Source: Chthoniobacteraceae bacterium
GTDB taxonomy: Bacteria; Verrucomicrobiota; Verrucomicrobiia; Chthoniobacterales; Chthoniobacteraceae
Reading direction: 5' to 3'
Length of the DNA: 31,959 nucleotides
NCBI GenBank assembly: GCA_031409335.1
Contig: JANNWY010000261.1
Location: 1 to 31,959, forward strand
The notes below the pieces were generated by a model. That model searched no databases and was not told where the DNA came from. It saw only the letters and a list, made by a program, of their open reading frames with translations. The number at the start of each line of letters is the position of its first letter. Position 1 is the stretch's first letter. This document shows positions 9,301 through 16,514 of this stretch, piece by piece. The position numbers and the translations under genes are program-made.

Positions 9301-12300
9301 CAGCGTCATTGTCCGTGATCGTCCCCTTCGCTTCCGCGCGGGAGACCGCCGCGCCGGATTCCCCGCTCAAAAGCACCCTGAAAAACTCCTCGTCCGACTC
9401 ATCACGCGCATCGCCATTGATCGTCACCGCAAAGTCCTCTTCGAAATCACCAGTCGCAAACGTGAGCGTAACTCCACCCACCGCGCCTGGCAGATAGTCC
9501 TGCGCTTGATTTGAAAGTCCGCTGGTCGGGTTTGCATTCGTCGCCGCATCCGTTCCGACCGCTGTCGCGGCCTTCACAGTCACGGGGCCTTTCTCGTTAG
9601 CGGCGGAAAGTCTCACCTTGAAAATCAACTGCTGCTGCGTCCCCGCATTGCCCTCCACGATGCTGGCATCCGCAACGCTCAAAGTCGGTGCCTGATCCCC
9701 GTCGTCCCGGATCGTCACGGCAGTCGAACTCTCATCGGCCGGATTGCCTTCACTCAGCACCGCTGCGTTCACCGGATTGAAAAGCCGGACTTGGAAGGTC
9801 TCGTCATTTTCAAAATTGATGTCGCCGATGATGCGGATGCGGATTTTTTCGCTCGCGGTGTTCGATCCCGCGGCAAACGTGATCGTTCCCGATTTTGCCA
9901 CAAAATCGGTGATGCCCGTGCCGGTGGATCGCGCGGTAAAATCCACGGTTTCGTATTGCACAGTCACGGCGCGCGCATTGTTCCCGGAGCGGACGACATC
10001 GAACTCCACAACCCGATCCGCCTCGCCAAATGACGCGCCAGCCACTGGCACCAACTCGAGCCGCGCCCCACCCCCCTCGTCGTCCACGATCGTCCCCGTC
10101 GCGCTGTCCGCGCCTTCCACGATTTCCGCGTTCAGCGAGCCAAAAATCATGAGCTTGAACTGCTCGTTCACCTCGGAAGCCGTGTCGCCATTCACCGTGA
10201 CCGAGACAGGCACTGACGTTTGACCTTTCGGGATCGTCGCCTGCAACGCGGAGATGCCCACATAGTCCTGCCCGGCAGTCGCCGTGCTGTCCTGCGTGCT
10301 GTAAAAGAAACTCACGCCCGCGTCCTGCGTCGATGCGCTCGAAAGGCGCACGGTGAAAGTGATCGTCGTCGTCCCGGCATCGCCCTCGACCACCGATTTG
10401 TCCGTCACGCTGAGAATCCGCAGATCATCGTCGATGATCGCGCCCGACGCCGAGGCGCGGTCGATCACCACGTCATTTTGCAACGGAGTCGTCGGCTTCT
10501 TGATCTCCACGGAAAACGTCTCCGTTTTCAGCTCATCGGTCGTATCGCCGACGACGTTCACCGTCACGGTTTTCTCCACTTCTCCGGCGGCAAAGGTGAA
10601 GGATTGATCGACGATCCCCGTGAAGTCATTCAGCGTCGTCGCACCCACGCTCGCCAGCGCCGTGCCGTTCACGGTGTTCACCAGGAATGTCACCGGCAAA
10701 TCGGACGGATTTTCGAGCTTCACCTTGAAAGTCATCGCGCTCGTCGGCGAATTCCCTTCGGTGAACGCCGCCGGATCTTCAATGCTAATCCGCGCCTGAT
10801 CGTCGTTCTGAATCGTGCCCACTCCCTGCGTCACGCTGATCGCCGCATTCACCGACGACACCAGATTCACGAAAAACTGCTCCGCATTCTCCAGTCGGCT
10901 GTCGCCAGCGACGGTGATCGCAATCTGCTGCAACAAATTGCCACCCGGCTGGAATGTGAGTGTTCCATTCGCCGCGGTAAAATCCTTCGACGCGCCGGTT
11001 GAAATCGCGGTCCCATCCCTCGTTTCAAAATTCACGGTAACCGCCTCCGTCAACACCGAGCCGGGTGCGGTGAGCTGCACGTCGAAGAAATACGTCGTCG
11101 TCCCACCACTTCCCTCCGCCTGCGACCGCGGCGCGATGCTGACCGTCACTTCATCATTCTGAATCGTCCCCACCGCATCCGCCGTCCCGAGCACCGCGCC
11201 ATTCGCAGCCGAAAGCCGCACGCCAAACGTCTCGTCCGATTCATTCACCGCATCGCCCAAAATCGGCACCGAGATCAGCACGCTCGTCTGCCCCGCAGCG
11301 AACGTCACCAACCCATCCACGACTGCCGTGTAATCCGCACCCGCCAGCGCGGGACGCACCGCTGCCGCAAGATCGCGCGTCGAATAGGCTGCCGTCACGG
11401 TTTCCGAAGCAGGCTGCGAAAGCGTCGCCGTAAATTGCATGAAACTCGTCCCGGAATTTCCCTCCACGACCATCCCGTTCCCGAGACTCAGCGTCGGCAG
11501 CGGATCATTGTTGTCGAGGATCGTCCCGATCCCCGCGTCCTTTGCGAATGTCGCCCCAACCGGCGCATTCGACAGCCGCACGACAAACGTCTCCGCACTT
11601 TCCCGGATCAGATCTCCCACGATCGCAATCGAGACCAGCTTTTGTGTTTCATTGGCCGCGAAAGTCAGCGTCTGCGTGGCGGGGGTGAAGGTAAAATCAG
11701 CCGTCGAAGCGGTGCCCGGCTCGGTCGTCACGTTCACCGACACCGGTGATGACTGCGGATTCAGCAGGCGCACGAGGAAAATCGCGTTCGACGATCCGAT
11801 GTTTCCCTCGGTGACGGCCACGTCATTGATTGAAAAGACCACCCCGTCATCGTTCAAAATCGTGCCGGTCGCCGCACCACGCCCGATTGCCGCGTTCACA
11901 CTCGGCTCCGTCAGATTCACCAGAAACGTCTTGTTCGCCTCCGAGGTCGAATCGCCAATGATCGGGACCAAAACCTCAATGCTCGGCTGGCCAGGGCGGA
12001 AGGTCAGAGTCCTCTCAGTGACCGCAGTGTAGTCGGTTCCGGCAGTCGCCGTGCCGTTTGCCGTGTTCACTTTCACCGTCACGTCTCCCGTGGCCGGCGG
12101 ATTCTCCAGCGTCACCGTAAAAACCGCCTGCGTCGTTCCACCACTTCCCCCCTCGAAAATTTGCACATCGGTCACCTGCAGCGCCGCGTCGTCAGCTATG
12201 ATGCTCCCGGTCCCCTGCGCACGGGAGATGACCGCGTTTGTGCTGTTGTCGCTCAGATTGAGAAAAAACGTCTCGTTCGGCTCCACGACTGCATCGCCAA

Positions 12301-13309
12301 CGATTGGCACGAAAATCTGCTTGGTCGTCTCACCCGGATGAAACGTCAGCGTGGTGGATGCGACGGCCGTGTAATCTGTCCCGGCGGTCGCTGTGCCCCC
12401 ACCCGTCGCGGCCTGCACCGTCACATCCCCCACCAGCGGGCCACTGCTCAAAGTCACCGTGAAAACCGCCTGCTTTGTCCCAGAACTCCCTTCAACCACC
12501 TGCACATCGTCCACACGAACATTCGCCGCCGGCGGCGCATCATCGTTGGTGATCGTTCCCTCCACTTGTGGCGTGCCAACGAGCACGCCAGTCGTGCGCG
12601 GACTGTTTTGCAGCAAATTCACGAAGAAACGTTCCGTTGGCTCAAATGTCGTGTCGCCGCTGATCTTCACCGTCAGTTTGGCCGTTGTCGTCCCGGCAGC
12701 GAACACGACCGGTGGAATATTTGCGTCATCGATCACGGCCACGTAATCCTCGCCCGCTTTCGCAGTGCCATCCGCGGTCACGGCCAGCACGGCGACCGAC
12801 GTGCTGACTGGATTGGAGAGGGTCAGCGTGAACTCCATGTTCGACTCGCCAGCGCTGCCCTCGACCAGAGTCGCGCCGGTGATCGTCACCGTCGGCACTG
12901 GGTCGTCGTTGGTGATCGTCCCCGTCGCGGACGCAGTTCCGAGGGTTCCCTCGCCCGTCGGCGTATCGAGCCGCACGAAGAGCCTCTCGTCCTGTTCGCG
13001 TTTTCCGTCGCCGTTGACAACCACGCGGATGAATTGCTCGGTTTCCCCGGGGCGAAATGTCAGCGTGCCCGAAGTCGCCAAATAGTCGCCATCCGACACC
13101 TTTGCGGCCGTATTTACAGGCAGGAGAGGCCCGTCCGCCGTCGCGAAATGCACCGTCGCATCGCTCGTGATCGCGCCTGTCAGCGTCACCGTGAAAATCA
13201 TCTCCTTCGTCCCCGAATCTCCCTCGGTGAACGGACCTGCCGGAGCGGCAATCGAGAAGGTGGCCGGAGCGATGCGCGCTTCGAGCGGTTCGATGAGGGG
13301 ATGATTCAT
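6323..13309 (-). CDS. Giant putative surface/adhesin protein: LEPR-XLL-like N-terminal motif, 14 Calx-beta repeats, C-terminal glycine-rich solenoid-like region
   Basis: Start MNHPLIEPLEARIAPA; 14 repeats of ~110-130 aa with pattern EG(D/N)xG...FTVxL...TxDGTA..G.DY...GTLTF.PG...I.GD...E.DETF.V.L...GTI.NDD; final ~636 aa contain GGxG(D/N)xSG repeats. Confidence 0.92.
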   Translation of the reverse strand: MNHPLIEPLEARIAPATFSIAAPAGPFTEGDSGTKEMIFTVTLTGAITSDATVHFATADGPLLPVNTAAKVSDGDYLATSGTLTFRPGETEQFIRVVVNGDGKREQDERLFVRLDTPTGEGTLGTASATGTITNDDPVPTVTITGATLVEGSAGESNMEFTLTLSNPVSTSVAVLAVTADGTAKAGEDYVAVIDDANIPPVVFAAGTTTAKLTVKISGDTTFEPTERFFVNLLQNSPRTTGVLVGTPQVEGTITNDDAPPAANVRVDDVQVVEGSSGTKQAVFTVTLSSGPLVGDVTVQAATGGGTATAGTDYTAVASTTLTFHPGETTKQIFVPIVGDAVVEPNETFFLNLSDNSTNAVISRAQGTGSIIADDAALQVTDVQIFEGGSGGTTQAVFTVTLENPPATGDVTVKVNTANGTATAGTDYTAVTERTLTFRPGQPSIEVLVPIIGDSTSEANKTFLVNLTEPSVNAAIGRGAATGTILNDDGVVFSINDVAVTEGNIGSSNAIFLVRLLNPQSSPVSVNVTTEPGTASTADFTFTPATQTLTFAANETQKLVSIAIVGDLIRESAETFVVRLSNAPVGATFAKDAGIGTILDNNDPLPTLSLGNGMVVEGNSGTSFMQFTATLSQPASETVTAAYSTRDLAAAVRPALAGADYTAVVDGLVTFAAGQTSVLISVPILGDAVNESDETFGVRLSAANGAVLGTADAVGTIQNDEVTVSIAPRSQAEGSGGTTTYFFDVQLTAPGSVLTEAVTVNFETRDGTAISTGASKDFTAANGTLTFQPGGNLLQQIAITVAGDSRLENAEQFFVNLVSSVNAAISVTQGVGTIQNDDQARISIEDPAAFTEGNSPTSAMTFKVKLENPSDLPVTFLVNTVNGTALASVGATTLNDFTGIVDQSFTFAAGEVEKTVTVNVVGDTTDELKTETFSVEIKKPTTPLQNDVVIDRASASGAIIDDDLRILSVTDKSVVEGDAGTTTITFTVRLSSASTQDAGVSFFYSTQDSTATAGQDYVGISALQATIPKGQTSVPVSVTVNGDTASEVNEQFKLMIFGSLNAEIVEGADSATGTIVDDEGGGARLELVPVAGASFGEADRVVEFDVVRSGNNARAVTVQYETVDFTARSTGTGITDFVAKSGTITFAAGSNTASEKIRIRIIGDINFENDETFQVRLFNPVNAAVLSEGNPADESSTAVTIRDDGDQAPTLSVADASIVEGNAGTQQQLIFKVRLSAANEKGPVTVKAATAVGTDAATNANPTSGLSNQAQDYLPGAVGGVTLTFATGDFEEDFAVTINGDARDESDEEFFRVLLSGESGAAVSRAEAKGTITDNDAAPTLTFSGTALQTTEGNGGQTNATFRVTLSEVSERPVSIRVTTQAGTAVSGADFEAVNTEFFYTPGSAASDGISFIVPIIADVLDEVDETFGVTVSGAEFGQLRRGSANVDSASLTATILDDDAPPVVFVSDANIIEGDAGIREMIFTVALSAASGKAVDVNFATEDGTAFSVGPMEDFVARTGALNFAPGEIQKEVRVVINGDTFREQIETFGLRISGPVNATILTATGTGTVLTDGDTTVGIGIRNAFRVEGDSGQPTINFTVELSDTLAGATTFNAVATSGSAGRGSDFVPLGITPFTIAAGATTTPVPVTLNGDATFEATESFFVDLRNVVNAGATLTIAGGAARGTIFNDDLRRVDSRTVQFIDVDGDLATVHISRGALSDARLSFGAPNGIGGRQLQSINLTGDNLQFQDADLSVTAVAQPGFNGDASGVKGNGFVNVGAILAATQAGVLQFANGIDLGTVNIDGDLGRIHIGDSTVDAAIKNLVVRSMGRFGTTTQGTGGGADTLSRVLGPIDSFRVFGNFQATLQIVGAQFGIIRNLQIDGALLGGTADNSGSIFFTGRIDNAQIGRVAGGDGDVSGSLRSLLNANSRISNLHVVGEFAGGAGDNSGNIVAPEIGSVRIGSLVGGDGVSSGQIFGNTINRVVVVRDVVGGAGNNSGQIFGSDLLGTARILGQIRGGDGDNSAFVGSNERIGTVTTVGSVLGGDGDDSGTIRSGSHINLLSIGGNVRGGLGNRSGGVDVGGKLFNGVITGSILGGDSNVSTALVGSGFLFAHRIDHLTVGGDVVAGVDGGGGLALSGTIRSETTIDTLRIRGDVTGSATIAAIIAAPGDTSAPAFRSLIIDGDARFAEILAGYSVNATVANPRGGEVNADAQIGSVRIVGALDSTSIIAGAAAGTDRIFGTNDDLGISGAGTTNAAGTVSKIARIIVGSVTAAIPTTRLSGIGAQFVESLSVNGSAFSLEPQPGNDLRRELAVGSRVNVFELPVV

Positions 13310-13334
13310 GAGAATGCCGGGGAAAAAGTTCGTG

Positions 13335-13362
13335 AAGCTACTGCCCGGGGTCGAACCGTCAA
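13335..13362 (-). promoter_or_regulatory. Candidate sigma70 promoter for the giant Calx-beta gene
   Basis: Minus strand TTGACG-N16-TAGCTT, 25 nt upstream of ATG 13309; also supports that start over 13366. Confidence 0.5.
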
Positions 13363-13398
13363 GCAAGCCATAAAGAATTTAGGTGAGGCAAGTCACCC

Positions 13399-13426
13399 TT
13401 GCACGGGTAAAGGCACCCGCTACACT
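13399..13426 (+). promoter_or_regulatory. Candidate sigma70 promoter for the DUF1080 pair
   Basis: TTGCAC-N16-TACACT ending 8 nt before ATG 13435. Confidence 0.5.
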
Positions 13427-13434
13427 CAAAGCCG

Positions 13435-14283
13435 ATGATTTTTCCACGCCTCTTCCCGGTGATCCTGCTGACGCTGGTCGCAGGCTCGTTTGCACAGGTG
13501 GGCGAGGTGCCAAACACGCTCACTGCGATGGAGAAAGCGGAAGGCTGGAAGCTGCTCTTTGACGGCAAGGCGGTGAAGGGCCTCGCGGGTTTGCAGAAGC
13601 GCGATTTCCTGAAGGAAGGCTGGGAGATCAAAGACGGCGCGCTCAGCCTGCCCAAGAGCGTGCGGGATAGCGGCAAGGCAACCGGCGGCGACCTCGTGAC
13701 CTCGGAGCAGTTCGGCGACTTTGAGTTCAAATTCGATTTCAAACTGGCCGCTTCCGCGATGAGTGGCGTGCTCTATTTCGCGCGCGGCGGCGCGGGTCAA
13801 AAGCCGACCGGCCACGAGTATCAAGTCATCGACGACGTGCATCATCCCGAGGGATTGAAAGGCGGGCCGCTCTTTCGCACCGGCGCGCTGACCGGCGTGC
13901 TGCCGCAAAAGGCTGGGATGAATGTGCTGATGGCCGAACGCCCGGACGAGGAGCAGTGGAACACCGGGGTGATTTCAGTGCTCGGAAATCACGTGGAGCA
14001 CTGGCTCAACGGGCAGAAAGTCCTCGAGTACGAATGCGGCAGCGCTGCGCTGAAAGCCGCCGTGACGGCGAACAAGGCGAAGGTCCACACGCTCTTCGGA
14101 GCGAAGATCAAATCGTCCCTCGCGATTCTCGACAAGGGCGAGGAAATCGCGTTTCGGAACATCAAGGTGCGCGCCATTTCCGCCACCCCGCCCCCACTGC
14201 TCACGGCCCCCGTCGCGCCGCCGTCTCCCGCGAAACCTGCGTGGCAAAAGCCGCCGCCGCCGCCGCCGCCAGTCTTGAAGTAA
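13435..14283 (+). CDS. DUF1080 (3-keto-disaccharide hydrolase/hydratase-like) family protein with Pro-rich C-terminal tail
   Basis: Signal peptide; NTLT..EKAEGWKLLFDGK, GGDLVT.EQFGDFEFKFDFK, EYQVID, WN, VEHWLNGQKVLEY, FRNIKVR. Confidence 0.92.
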   Translation: MIFPRLFPVILLTLVAGSFAQVGEVPNTLTAMEKAEGWKLLFDGKAVKGLAGLQKRDFLKEGWEIKDGALSLPKSVRDSGKATGGDLVTSEQFGDFEFKFDFKLAASAMSGVLYFARGGAGQKPTGHEYQVIDDVHHPEGLKGGPLFRTGALTGVLPQKAGMNVLMAERPDEEQWNTGVISVLGNHVEHWLNGQKVLEYECGSAALKAAVTANKAKVHTLFGAKIKSSLAILDKGEEIAFRNIKVRAISATPPPLLTAPVAPPSPAKPAWQKPPPPPPPVLK

Positions 14284-14298
14284 AACCCATTTTTTCCC

Positions 14299-15003
14299 AT
14301 GCGCCCGCTGCTCACCTGCCTCGCCATCTCCATCCTCTCGCTGGCCGCATCCGGCGCGGAAGCGAACACGCTCACGGATGCGGAGAAATCCGAAGGCTGG
14401 AAACTGCTCTTCGATGGCACATCGACGGCGGGCTGGCGCGGCCTCGGGGGGAAACCATTCCCCGAAAAAGGCTGGGTCGCGATCGACGGCACCTTGCATC
14501 ACGCTAAAGGCGCGGGCGGGGGCGACATCGTGACGACCGATGCGTATGAAGACTTCGAGCTTTCGTGGGAATGGAAAATCGGCGAGGCCGGAAACAGCGG
14601 CCTGAAATACAATCTGCCCGATCCGAAACGGGGCGTCGGTTTTGAATACCAGCTCCTCGACGACGAAAAACACGCCGATGCGAAAATGCACGATGGCACC
14701 CGCACCACCGCATCCCTTTACGACGTGCTCGCGCCAGCCGCCGGCAAAAAGCTGAACCCGCCCGGCCAGTGGAACACGAGCCGCATCATCGTCAAAGGCA
14801 GCCACGTCGAGCACTGGCTCAACGGCGCAAAAACCGTGGAATTTGAGCTGGGAAGCGACGCGCTCAAGACCGCCATCGCCGCCAGCAAATTCAAGGCGAA
14901 CGCGGCCTTTGGCGTTAAAACGAAGTCGCCCATTCTGCTCCAGGATCACGGCGACGAAGTCTCGCTGCGCGCGATGAAAATCCGCGTGCTCGCCGCGAAG
15001 TAG
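14299..15003 (+). CDS. DUF1080 (3-keto-disaccharide hydrolase/hydratase-like) family protein
   Basis: Signal peptide; EGWKLLFDG, GGGDIVT..YEDFELSWEWK, GNSGLKY, EYQLLD, GQWN, VEHWLNG, ILLQDHG. Confidence 0.95.
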   Translation: MRPLLTCLAISILSLAASGAEANTLTDAEKSEGWKLLFDGTSTAGWRGLGGKPFPEKGWVAIDGTLHHAKGAGGGDIVTTDAYEDFELSWEWKIGEAGNSGLKYNLPDPKRGVGFEYQLLDDEKHADAKMHDGTRTTASLYDVLAPAAGKKLNPPGQWNTSRIIVKGSHVEHWLNGAKTVEFELGSDALKTAIAASKFKANAAFGVKTKSPILLQDHGDEVSLRAMKIRVLAAK

Positions 15004-15017
15004 CGGCCCGTTCTTTC

Positions 15018-15341
15018 ATGGACGAAGAGCGGCTCCGCGACTGGATGGCCGCCGACCTCGCGGACATCGCCACCACGCGCATGCCATTCGGCAAATTCGG
15101 CCCCGCCCACTTCCCGCCGCGCGGCGTCCCGATCTACGATTTACCGTTGGAGTATCTCGCTTGGTTTGCGCGAAAAAATTGCTTCCCCCAAGGCCGCTTC
15201 GGCGAGCTGCTGCGCATCGTCCACCAGATGAAAGTCGATGGCCTTGATGAAATCTTCGACCCGCTCCGCCGCCGCGCCGGAGGCAAAACCAATCTTCGCC
15301 CCAAACCAGCACCCGTCCGCATCCGCACCGACGGTGACTGA
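15018..15341 (+). CDS. DUF3820 family protein
   Basis: MPFGKF...GVPIYDLPLEYLAWF...FPQGRFGELLRIVHQMKVDGLDEIFDPLR matches the DUF3820 pattern. Confidence 0.85.
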   Translation: MDEERLRDWMAADLADIATTRMPFGKFGPAHFPPRGVPIYDLPLEYLAWFARKNCFPQGRFGELLRIVHQMKVDGLDEIFDPLRRRAGGKTNLRPKPAPVRIRTDGD

Positions 15342-15408
15342 TGCGGACGCGCGCCGTAGTGGACGAACGGGCGGATCTCCCGCAGGTCCGGGCAACTTTT
15401 CTTTGCCG

Positions 15409-15555
15409 GAACAGGCGGCCCGCCAAGGCGGGACCGTCGCTGGAAGCGCCCGGCGCGATCTGGAAAAGAAGAGCGGTCGCAAAGTCGTCACCGCGGAAAA
15501 CTTTCTCAGCCTCACCCAATCCACGAAAAAAAACGCTGCGCTCAAAAAGAGGGAA
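15409..15555 (+). pseudogene. Possible remnant of the 3' end of a BRO-N domain / phage antirepressor-like gene
   Basis: Intergenic frame translates EQAARQGGTVAGSARRDLEKKSGRKVVTAENFLSLTQSTKK, resembling the C-terminus I recall for BRO-family proteins (AARKGG.IAG.AR..LE..TG.KVVS.ENYL); no matching 5' part or start. Confidence 0.5.
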
Positions 15556-15566
15556 CGACCGCTCTT

Positions 15567-16514
15567 TTACTTCATCCGGTCGAAAGTTTTCTGCAGCAGA
15601 TCGAGGTCGCTGGCTTCGCTGACCTTTGCCCGCGAGGATTCGATCCATTTCTTTTCCAGCGTGTTTTTTGTCGGGCGATCGGATTCGTAAAAGACTCCGA
15701 AGAGGCCGGGGAATGCGAGGCCGGCCAGCTTGTAGGCGGCGAGTTCGTCGGTCACGTCGTGGCGCGCTTCGTCCTCGGGCGTGTTGTCCCACTTTTTCTC
15801 GTCGATGACGGTGAACGCGCCGCCTTTGCGTGGATTGCCGGCATCGAAGACTCCGGGGTAAAATTCGACGCACTCCGAGAGACACTCAATGACGGAGAAA
15901 CCTTCGTGATCCATCGCGCGCTCGATCATTGCAATCATGTGATTCACCTGCGTCGCGTGCGTCCTGCCGATGAAGGTCGCACCGGCGGCGAGCAGTTTTT
16001 TGATTGGGTTCACCGGCTGGTCGATCGCGCCGGTCGGGTCGGTCTTCGATTTGAAACCGATCGGTGAAGTCGGCGAGGTCTGCTTTTTCGTCAGGCCATA
16101 GACGAAGTTGTCCATGATGACGTAGGTCAGATTGATGTTCTTGCGCGCACCGTGTTCGAGGTGATTTCCGCCGATGGAAAACGCGTCGCCATCGCCGCCG
16201 AAAAGGAAGACGTGCAGATCGGGCCGCGCGAGCGAGACACCGCTGGCGAGCGGCACGGCGCGACCGTGGATGAAGTGACCACCGTGCGTATTCACGAAAT
16301 ACGGAAAGCGCGACGAGCAGCCGATGCCGGCGAGCGTCACGATGTTTTCGTGCGGCAGATTCCGGCGCTCGAGCACTTTGTAATACGCGGCGAGCACGGC
16401 GAAGTCGCCGCAGCCGGGGCACCAAGTCGGGTGGTCGGCGGTGATCGCTTTTTTCGTGAGCTTCTCGCGTTCGGGGAAAGCGGGAGCGATGGCGGTTTCG
16501 GTGGATGCGCTCAT
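15567..16514 (-). CDS. korB: 2-oxoacid:ferredoxin oxidoreductase, beta subunit (TPP-binding)
   Basis: PTWCPGCGDF, GIGCSSRFPYF, IHGRA, TPP motif GGDGDAFSIGGNH...MDNFVYGLTK.QTSPTS; ATGA overlap with the alpha gene. Confidence 0.95.
   Translation of the reverse strand: MSASTETAIAPAFPEREKLTKKAITADHPTWCPGCGDFAVLAAYYKVLERRNLPHENIVTLAGIGCSSRFPYFVNTHGGHFIHGRAVPLASGVSLARPDLHVFLFGGDGDAFSIGGNHLEHGARKNINLTYVIMDNFVYGLTKKQTSPTSPIGFKSKTDPTGAIDQPVNPIKKLLAAGATFIGRTHATQVNHMIAMIERAMDHEGFSVIECLSECVEFYPGVFDAGNPRKGGAFTVIDEKKWDNTPEDEARHDVTDELAAYKLAGLAFPGLFGVFYESDRPTKNTLEKKWIESSRAKVSEASDLDLLQKTFDRMK

Noticed and set aside
15524..15568. Intrinsic terminator for korB
   Set aside because: The stem (AAGAG/CTCTT) is short and A/U-rich with a mismatch; T-runs exist but the structure is too weak to call.
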